Shown: positions 1 through 6,177 of the stretch, in pieces
Position numbering within the stretch: position 1 is the first letter of the stretch
Layout: each line of letters starts with the position of its first letter
Virus record (IMG/VR): IMGVR_UViG_3300046096_000174
Coordinates: 72,024 to 83,214 of that record
Length of the DNA: 11,191 bases
Direction: 5' to 3' (one strand)
Origin: a virus
Lineage: Duplodnaviria > Heunggongvirae > Uroviricota > Caudoviricetes
The notes under the pieces: generated by a model
Databases searched by the model: none
Seen by the model: only the letters and a program-made list of their open reading frames with translations
What the model was told of the DNA's origin: nothing
Program-made: the position numbers and the translations under genes

Positions 1-2
1 TT

Positions 3-185
3 CTTAACCGTGTTCGTGAATCAGTTGGTATCGATGGTTTACCAGAAGATGAAGAACCTAATCAGGACTTAATGCCAGCTAGTACTTCTCGAAGTGGTGA
101 TGGTATGGCAACAGCTGGTGAAGGTACTGCAACTAGTCCATCTGGTACAGATACTTCAAGTAATAACCTAGATAATGTAGGTTAA
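3..185 (+). CDS. Portal protein, C-terminal end (5' partial)
   Basis: Frame 3 is open from the window edge and reads LNRVRESVGIDGLPEDEEPNQDLMPASTSRSGDGMATAGEGTATSPSGTDTSSNNLDNVG*, stop at 183-185. The 'SRSGDG..TAGEGT' low-complexity tail resembles portal C-termini I recall from phages with this head module. Its position upstream of protease/scaffold/MCP fits. Confidence 0.7.
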   Translation, partial: LNRVRESVGIDGLPEDEEPNQDLMPASTSRSGDGMATAGEGTATSPSGTDTSSNNLDNVG

Positions 186-198
186 TACCTATTTGCTC

Positions 199-227
199 TT
201 GAATTATTAGTATTTTTATGATATAAT
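199..227 (+). promoter_or_regulatory. Sigma70-type promoter P1 with extended -10
   Basis: TTGAAT (199-204), 17-nt spacer, TG at 219-220, TATAAT (222-227). Intergenic, upstream of the 283 ORF. Confidence 0.75.
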
Positions 228-238
228 AGTTCTATCTA

Positions 239-271
239 AGCCCCGCCTAAACAGCGGGGTTATTATTGTTT
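239..271 (+). terminator. GC-rich hairpin, possible intrinsic terminator with a weak U-tract
   Basis: Stem CCCCGC (241-246) / GCGGGG (254-259), extendable by G-U and A-U pairs to 239/261, 7-nt loop, followed by TTATTATTGTTT. Confidence 0.55.
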
Positions 272-282
272 AAGGAGAGTTT

Positions 283-1695
283 ATGCCGTGGAGCGCAAGC
301 AAGACTATTTCCTCTATGGAGGGAAAATCCTCGAAGTTGAAGGAGTTATTTGCAAAAGTTGCCAATGCTGCTCTCGCTAAAGGACAAACAGAAGAAGAGG
401 CTATCTTCGCTGGTACAATTTCAGTAAAGATAGAAGAAAAGAAAAATCAACCTGCGAAAGCTCAATCACCTAAGGTTCCAGCTCATTTGGCAGCTGTGAG
501 AAGTTTCTCTGAGCCGTATAGCATGGTTTCTAAAGCAGTTGAACCAGCGCCAGCTGTAAATAGCATAAAAGCAGCCGAGTTCGACAATCAAGGTCATTTA
601 GTATTATTAATGTCCGATAATACCAAGCTAGTATCTAAAACTAAGGCTGTACAAGAAAATATTGAACAGAGCGTATACATTACGAAAGATTATAAGCCAT
701 TTCTTGCTATGCAAGAGCCGACTGGTTTTCAAACTCGTGATACAAGTTCAATCAGTTTCGATGATGCAACACGTACATTCACTATAACAGCTACGAATAT
801 GACCAACGGTTTTAATGTTTGGTTACACGCTAATGAGTTTACGCGATATACTGAGTCTGTTCAAATTGAGAATATTACTGGAAATCACTTTATCTATTTC
901 GATTATCCAGACAATGAATTAAAATCTACGACTACACCTACACACGAATTATTTTTAGAGAAGGCATTAGTTGCCTTAGTGTTTTGGCGGTCAGATTTGC
1001 AGAAGCATATATATTTTGCCGATGAACGTCATGGTATTACAATGGACGGTGCAACTCATCAACATTTGCATTTATCTATTGGTGCTCAATATCGTGATGG
1101 TCTTGCTTTAAATAATTTTACTGTAGATGGTAATGGGACATTAAATAGTCACTCACAATTCTCATGTTCAGATGGGCATATTGCAGACGAAGACTTACTA
1201 ATAACTATCATAGATAATGCACCTCAGGAACTTTCTACTATAGCTTATCTTCCAATATTTTATAGACATGGTAATAATTGGGGAAAGAAAACTGCCTCGG
1301 CTTACTCAGTTATAAGACCAAATACAATACCAGAATATACAACAGGAACTCGCTGTGCATATAACGCTCAAGTTAATGGGGTCTGGGATGTGCTTGAAGT
1401 ACCAAATAATCAATACTTCTTAGTGCATATCTTAGCTACCAATGATATAGAAAATCCTATTGTTGGAATTTTAGGTAATACATATCAGAATAAACCTCAA
1501 GCAAGAGCTGGAGCATTAAACGAATTTAAGTATTTAACTGGTTTACCATTTCTAGAGTTTGTGAAATTAGGTACAGTAATTTTTCAAACCTCAGACAGTT
1601 TTACAAACACTCCAAAAGCAATAGTTGTTAGTACAGATACTGGCACATCATACATAGATTATAGACCTACAGGTCCATCTGTAATGGTCTTCTAA
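283..1695 (+). CDS. Putative virion structural protein: ChaB-like N-terminal helical domain, Pro/Ala/Lys linker, large beta-rich C-terminal domain of unknown function
   Basis: 470-aa ORF with AAGGAG RBS. aa 1-55 (MPW...LKELFAKVANAALAKGQTEEEAIFAG..VK) loosely fit the ChaB pattern. aa ~145-460 (EPTGF..R..S.ISFDD.TRTFTI...) are aromatic/Thr/Asn-rich. Confidence 0.55.
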   Translation: MPWSASKTISSMEGKSSKLKELFAKVANAALAKGQTEEEAIFAGTISVKIEEKKNQPAKAQSPKVPAHLAAVRSFSEPYSMVSKAVEPAPAVNSIKAAEFDNQGHLVLLMSDNTKLVSKTKAVQENIEQSVYITKDYKPFLAMQEPTGFQTRDTSSISFDDATRTFTITATNMTNGFNVWLHANEFTRYTESVQIENITGNHFIYFDYPDNELKSTTTPTHELFLEKALVALVFWRSDLQKHIYFADERHGITMDGATHQHLHLSIGAQYRDGLALNNFTVDGNGTLNSHSQFSCSDGHIADEDLLITIIDNAPQELSTIAYLPIFYRHGNNWGKKTASAYSVIRPNTIPEYTTGTRCAYNAQVNGVWDVLEVPNNQYFLVHILATNDIENPIVGILGNTYQNKPQARAGALNEFKYLTGLPFLEFVKLGTVIFQTSDSFTNTPKAIVVSTDTGTSYIDYRPTGPSVMVF

Positions 1696-1705
1696 AGGAA
1701 AACAA

Positions 1706-2065
1706 ATGCAACCAGCACACATTGATTTAACAATTTACAAAGGCTCTACTTTTAGTAAGAACTTCCAGTGGAAAACTGGTAGCCCTGCCGAACCAGTTAT
1801 TCTGACAAATTGCACCTTACGCATGCAAGTAAGAAAGAATGTAATGGATACAAAAGTCCTTGCTGAATTCTCATCTGAAAATGGTTTACTAACTGTTACA
1901 GACGGACCATTAGGTAAGATTCAGTTAAACATTCCAGCCGAGATTTCAACAGCCTTTGCTTTCACGGCAGGTGTTTATGATATCGAAGTTATCTTCATGG
2001 GTACAGGAGATGAATATCGAATTATCGAAGGTTGCTTCTCAGCTATTCCAGAGGTAACAAGATGA
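1706..2065 (+). CDS. Small beta-sandwich fibre-anchoring/adaptor protein (T5 p132/LtfC-like or BppU-N-like)
   Basis: 119 aa, AAGGAAAA RBS. Motif string L.I.KGSTF ... LT.C..RMQVR ... G.I.L.I ... GVYDIE ... RIIEG ... PEVTR, which I recognise from small phage proteins found next to fibre genes. Confidence 0.6.
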   Translation: MQPAHIDLTIYKGSTFSKNFQWKTGSPAEPVILTNCTLRMQVRKNVMDTKVLAEFSSENGLLTVTDGPLGKIQLNIPAEISTAFAFTAGVYDIEVIFMGTGDEYRIIEGCFSAIPEVTR

Positions 2066-2313
2066 GTGATGTAATTGTAGAAAGTTCTACGGAAACAATC
2101 GTAGTAGAGACTGAATTAACCACGGTTATTATTACCGCAGGTGAGCAAGGTCCAACAGGCCCTCAGGGTCTTTCAACAAATATTAGTGGTGCGCCAGATG
2201 TAGACATTACAGATTTACAAGATGGTTCTCTACTTATTTATTCTGCTCAAGAGCAAAAATGGGTTGCAAATACTCAGTTAACAAACCAAAGCCTAGAATC
2301 AGGGCAATATTAA
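2062..2313 (+). CDS. 83-aa fibre linker/adaptor with a mini collagen stretch
   Basis: Start reassigned to ATG 2062: ATGA overlap with the upstream stop and GAGGT RBS at 2051-2055. Contains GEQGPTGPQG and a 'DV....LQDGSLLIY.....W' fibre motif, and ends LESGQY. Confidence 0.7.
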   Translation: MSDVIVESSTETIVVETELTTVIITAGEQGPTGPQGLSTNISGAPDVDITDLQDGSLLIYSAQEQKWVANTQLTNQSLESGQY

Positions 2314-2326
2314 TCAAGGAAAAATT

Positions 2327-4681
2327 ATGGCTTCAATCGTAAGAATTAAACGCTCAGAGGTTTCTGGCAACCCTGCTACGCTAGGTCAAGGTGAATTAGC
2401 TTATTCAGCTTTAACTGATAACGGTAGCAACGGTGGTGACCGCTTATACGTAGGTATGGGTACTGAGACTGCAGGTAATGCTGTAAATCACGTAGTAATC
2501 GGTGGTAAGTACTTCACCGACATGATGGACCACACTAAAGGTGTTTTAGTAGCTAACTCTGCGTTAATTGTAGACGCAGCAGGTAAATTAGACAATTTAA
2601 AAGTTGACAACTTAGATTTAAACGGTAACACATTAAGTGCAACCAATGCTAACGGTAACGTAGAAATCTCTCCTAACGGTTCTGGCGCTGTTGTGCTTGA
2701 TGGTCAACACTGGCCTACAACTACAGGTTCTAACGGTCAGATTTTAAGTACAGATGGTGCAGGTCAAACATCTTGGACCGCTTTACCTTCAAGCTCATTC
2801 GAACTAGTGGGTAATACTGGTACTGACATGTTCAATACTGGCAGTTCATTAATCTTCTCAGGTGTTGGTGCTATTAGTACAGCCGTTACAGAAGATACAA
2901 TCACTTTCTCAGTAGCTTCTGCTTCTGATACTGCTAAAGGTGTTGCATCATTTGCAGCAATTGACTTTACAGTTACTGATGGTGCTGTAAGCTTAAACGC
3001 TGAACGAGTTCAAGATATTGTCGGTGGCATGGTCACTAACAACGTAGAATCAGGTATCGTAGTATCTTATGACGATGATAACGGTAAGTTAGATTTTCAA
3101 GTAAACAATCCTGTTATTACCATTTCTGGTGATGCAGACGGTTCTGCTACTATGACTAACTTAGGTAATACAGCTATTGCGATTACCTTAGACAACGTAA
3201 ACACTGCAGTTGGTACTTTCGGTTCAACTACTAATATTCCAGTTATTTCTGTAAATAGCAAGGGCTTAGTAACTGACGTTAGCACAGCAAGCATTTCAAC
3301 TTCATTTACTATCGCTGCTGATACTGGTACTCCAGACATTTTCAACAACGGTGAAACATTAAATATCGTAGGCGGCGAAGGCATTGATACAACTATCAGC
3401 GCCAGCACAAACACTATTACCATCTCTGCTGAAAATGCAAGTGATACTAATAAAGGTGTTGCTACCTTCAACACATCAAGCTTTTCAGTAAGCAACGGCG
3501 ATGTAACAATTAAAAACGCAGGTGTAACCAATAACCAGTTAGTTAATTCAACTGTAACAATCGGTTCAACCAGTGTAGCCTTAGGTAATACTACAACAGT
3601 ATTAGCAGGTTTAACAGAAGTCTCTGTAGATAACTTAAACTTAAATGGTAATTCATTAACAGCTACCGATGTTAACGGTAATGTCGCATTAGTTCCAAAC
3701 GGTACTGGTGTTGTTGACGTAACCGATTCACGTATTGCTAACGTAGCTACCCCTGTAAATGATTCAGATGCAGCTAACAAGCTTTACGTTGATACTGTAG
3801 CCGCTGAAGGTCTACACGTACAAGAAGGTGTTGACGCTGGAACTACAGACACATTAGCTGTCTTATCTGGTGGTGTAGTTGTATATAATAACGGAATTGA
3901 TGGGGTTGGTGCTACATTAACTACGACTGGTTCTTACGTAACTGGTTTACCTATTGACGATGTTAACTTACAAGCTATCGGTTACGGTAATGCTACAGTC
4001 TTAGTTAAGAACGAAGTAAACGCAGCTCACAACGGTATTTACGTTCTAACAAGTGCTACAGTATTAACTCGCAGAGCAGACTTCGATTCTGACGCTGACG
4101 TACAAGGTGGTGACTTCGTATTCGTAGTTGAAGGTTCTGATAACGGTGGTACAGGTTGGGTACAAACAGCTACTGTTGACGTAATCGGTACTGACGCTAT
4201 CGTATGGCAACAATTCTCTGGTGCAGGTACTTATACTGCAGGTTCAGGTTTAACTTTAACTGGTACAGAATTCTCTGTAAACGTAGTAAGCAACGGTGGC
4301 TTAGAGATTTCAGGTAACGCTTTACAACTTCAAACTAATATTGCAGGTGATGGTTTAACATTAACTGCAGGTGTATTAGCTGTTGTTGGTACTGCTGACC
4401 GCATCTCTGTAGATTCAAACTCTGTAGATATTGCTTCTACTTATGTTGGTCAATCTAGCATCACTACATTAGGCACTATCTCAACAGGTACTTGGAATGC
4501 TAATACCATTGCAACTACTAAGGGTGGTACAGGCTTGACAAGTTATACAACTGGTGATATACTATATGCTTCAGGTACAAATACCTTAGCAAAATTAGCA
4601 ATCGGTTCTAGTGGTAAAATTCTACAAGTTAACGGCTCTGGCGTTCCAGTTTGGGCCGATATCGATGGTGGTACGTATTAA
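2327..4681 (+). CDS. Long modular fibre protein (784 aa)
   Basis: AAGGA RBS; very rich in G/T/N/S/V/A. N-terminus MASIVRIKRS...GELAY resembles the Mtd_N/hyaluronidase-like attachment domains. Contains fibre motifs ERVQDIVGGM, GTFGS...IPVISVNSKG.VT, RIANVATP..DSDAANKLYVD, a NGIYV...RRADFD...FV.EG...W.QFSGAG domain, and a GGTG motif. Ends IDGGTY. Confidence 0.85.
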   Translation: MASIVRIKRSEVSGNPATLGQGELAYSALTDNGSNGGDRLYVGMGTETAGNAVNHVVIGGKYFTDMMDHTKGVLVANSALIVDAAGKLDNLKVDNLDLNGNTLSATNANGNVEISPNGSGAVVLDGQHWPTTTGSNGQILSTDGAGQTSWTALPSSSFELVGNTGTDMFNTGSSLIFSGVGAISTAVTEDTITFSVASASDTAKGVASFAAIDFTVTDGAVSLNAERVQDIVGGMVTNNVESGIVVSYDDDNGKLDFQVNNPVITISGDADGSATMTNLGNTAIAITLDNVNTAVGTFGSTTNIPVISVNSKGLVTDVSTASISTSFTIAADTGTPDIFNNGETLNIVGGEGIDTTISASTNTITISAENASDTNKGVATFNTSSFSVSNGDVTIKNAGVTNNQLVNSTVTIGSTSVALGNTTTVLAGLTEVSVDNLNLNGNSLTATDVNGNVALVPNGTGVVDVTDSRIANVATPVNDSDAANKLYVDTVAAEGLHVQEGVDAGTTDTLAVLSGGVVVYNNGIDGVGATLTTTGSYVTGLPIDDVNLQAIGYGNATVLVKNEVNAAHNGIYVLTSATVLTRRADFDSDADVQGGDFVFVVEGSDNGGTGWVQTATVDVIGTDAIVWQQFSGAGTYTAGSGLTLTGTEFSVNVVSNGGLEISGNALQLQTNIAGDGLTLTAGVLAVVGTADRISVDSNSVDIASTYVGQSSITTLGTISTGTWNANTIATTKGGTGLTSYTTGDILYASGTNTLAKLAIGSSGKILQVNGSGVPVWADIDGGTY
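2603..3709 (+). repeat. Diverged internal repeat A in the 784-aa fibre (copies 2603-2686 and 3626-3709)
   Basis: VDNLDLNGNTLSATNANGNVEISPNGSG (aa 93-120) vs VDNLNLNGNSLTATDVNGNVALVPNGTG (aa 434-461). Confidence 0.85.
2795..3511 (+). repeat. Diverged internal repeat B in the 784-aa fibre (copies 2795-2995 and 3302-3511)
   Basis: aa 157-223 SFELVGNTG.DMFNTG...TITFS..SASDTAKGVASF...FTVTDGAVSL vs aa 326-395 SFTIAADTG.PDIFNNG...TITIS.ENASDTNKGVATF...FSVSNGDVTI. Confidence 0.8.
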
Positions 4682-4688
4682 TTAATAT

Positions 4689-4714
4689 GGGCGGTTTTTA
4701 CCGCCCTTTCTTTT
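4689..4714 (+). terminator. Intrinsic terminator
   Basis: GGGCGGT-TTTT-ACCGCCC (7-bp stem) followed by TTTCTTTT, immediately after the 784-aa gene stop. Confidence 0.8.
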
Positions 4715-4733
4715 ACCTTTATTAAGGGCATGT

Positions 4734-6107
4734 ATGGCAAGTAAGATTATTCTTAAAAAGTCCTCAGTAGCAGCGAAAGCTCCTGTTGCAGGTGATTTAG
4801 ATTTTGGCGAGTTAGCTTTAAATTATACCGATGGTAAACTCTTCTTTAAGAAGGCTGATAACAGTATAGCATCTTTTGCACTTGGCGCTGCTCCGAGCGT
4901 AACAATTGGTACAACAACTACAGGTAATGCAGGTACAAATGCAAGTGTAACAAACTCTGGCACAAGTACAGATGCAGTATTTAACTTCACTATTCCTCGT
5001 GGAGACACTGGCGCTACAGGCCCAACAGGTGCAACAGGCCCTCAGGGTGAAACTGGTCAAACAGGTGCTACAGGTCCTCAAGGTATTCAAGGCGCAACTG
5101 GCCCTGCTGGTCCTACTGGAGCAACTGGTCCTGCAGGAACTAACGGAACTAACGGTGCTGCTGCTACTATTACATTGGGCACAGTCTCAACAGGTAATGC
5201 AGGTACTGCGGTTTCCATTACTAATTCAGGCACATCAAACGCTGCCGTATTTAGCTTTACTATTCCTCGTGGAGATACTGGCCCTGCTGGAGCGACAGGT
5301 CCACAAGGCCCTCAAGGTACTACAGGTGCGACTGGTTTAACTGGTCCTACAGGTCCACAAGGTGCAACTGGTAATACAGGACCAACTGGTGCTGCAGGTG
5401 CTGCTGCTACAATCGCTGTCGGCACAACAACTACTGGTACTGCTGGCTCTAATGCCAGTGTAACAAACTCAGGTACAACAAGTGCTGCTGTATTTAACTT
5501 CACAGTCCCTCAAGGTGCAACTGGTCCTCAAGGTGCTACAGGTCCTGCTGGTCCAACAGGCGCTACTGGCTCTCAGGGTATTCAGGGCGCTACAGGTCCC
5601 GCAGGTGCAACAGGTCCTCAAGGTCCTGCTGGTCCTACTGGTTCAACAGGTGCTACTGGTGCAACTGGCCCTCAAGGTCCTGCTGGTCCTGTTGCTGGCT
5701 CTTCTTCACAAGTTATTTATAACAATGCTGGAGCTGCTGCTGGTTCTGCCAACTTAACCTTCAACGGTACGGATTTAACTTGTGGCGGTAACGTCACAGC
5801 TTATTCTGATGAAACCCTAAAGACTAATTGGCGCGATTTACCAGACAACTACATTGAGCTATTAGCACAAGTAAAGAATGGTATTTATGACCGTATCGAT
5901 GGAGCTACTGACCAAGTTGGTGTATCAGCTCAATCCTTATTAAATGCCTTAAAGCAAGCTGTATTAGCAGATGCTGACGGTATTTTATCTGTAGCTTATG
6001 GTAATGCTGCTTTAGTTTCTGCTGTTAAATTAGCAGAACGAGTTGTAGAACAAGACCGTAGAATTGCAGAATTAGAGCGATTATTATCGAAAATTATCGG
6101 TGATTGA
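4734..6107 (+). CDS. Collagen-like fibre with C-terminal peptidase S74-type intramolecular chaperone
   Basis: N-terminus [10 protein letters not shown]...GELALN..DGKLFFK. Three Gly-X-Y runs of 17, 14 and 20 triplets. aa 358 onward: SDETLK ... GVSAQ ... LSVAY ... terminal coiled coil, the typical S74 layout with Ser/Lys five residues apart. Confidence 0.88.
   Translation: MASKIILKKSSVAAKAPVAGDLDFGELALNYTDGKLFFKKADNSIASFALGAAPSVTIGTTTTGNAGTNASVTNSGTSTDAVFNFTIPRGDTGATGPTGATGPQGETGQTGATGPQGIQGATGPAGPTGATGPAGTNGTNGAAATITLGTVSTGNAGTAVSITNSGTSNAAVFSFTIPRGDTGPAGATGPQGPQGTTGATGLTGPTGPQGATGNTGPTGAAGAAATIAVGTTTTGTAGSNASVTNSGTTSAAVFNFTVPQGATGPQGATGPAGPTGATGSQGIQGATGPAGATGPQGPAGPTGSTGATGATGPQGPAGPVAGSSSQVIYNNAGAAAGSANLTFNGTDLTCGGNVTAYSDETLKTNWRDLPDNYIELLAQVKNGIYDRIDGATDQVGVSAQSLLNALKQAVLADADGILSVAYGNAALVSAVKLAERVVEQDRRIAELERLLSKIIGD
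4884..5693 (+). repeat. Three tandem units of a 39-aa non-collagen module plus a Gly-X-Y run
   Basis: 39-aa modules at 4884-5000, 5154-5270 and 5397-5513 (consensus GAA.T..[IVL]GT.[TS]TG.AG..[AV]S[VI]TNSGT...AVF.FT[IV]P), spaced 270 and 243 nt apart. Each is followed by [12 protein letters not shown] triplets. Confidence 0.95.
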
Positions 6108-6117
6108 TAAATTTCAC

Positions 6118-6146
6118 TTGATTTCTTAATAAAAATGTGATATAAT
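6118..6146 (+). promoter_or_regulatory. Sigma70-type promoter P2 with extended -10
   Basis: TTGATT (6118-6123), 17-nt spacer, TG at 6138-6139, TATAAT (6141-6146). Intergenic, upstream of the protease. Confidence 0.75.
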
Positions 6147-6177
6147 TATGTTTATATACTTACAAAACGGAGCGTAA

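Noticed and set aside
2032-2061. Longer start for the 93-aa ORF
   Set aside because: ATG 2062 has a GAGGT RBS and an ATGA coupling overlap. The extension lies inside the upstream gene.
3097-3780. 227-aa minus-strand ORF
   Set aside because: Antisense shadow of the codon-biased 784-aa fibre. No RBS or recognisable motifs, and every supported gene is on the plus strand.
1693-4733. Programmed frameshift or readthrough fusing the cassette genes
   Set aside because: Adjacent genes are in different frames, each has its own RBS, and no slippery heptamer with downstream structure was seen at the junctions.
4884-5513. Repeats considered as a CRISPR array or as DGR template/variable repeats
   Set aside because: The units are in-frame coding repeats differing mostly at synonymous positions. 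No palindromic constant repeat with unique spacers, no adenine-specific mismatch pattern noticed, and no reverse transcriptase or cas gene in the window.
4818-5757. Short ORFs in other frames over the collagen gene (4818-5090 -, 4823-5008 -, 4972-5340 +, 5312-5503 -, 5482-5757 +)
   Set aside because: By-products of repetitive GGN-GCN-ACN codons, giving L/V/Q or P/V/A low-complexity translations. No RBS.
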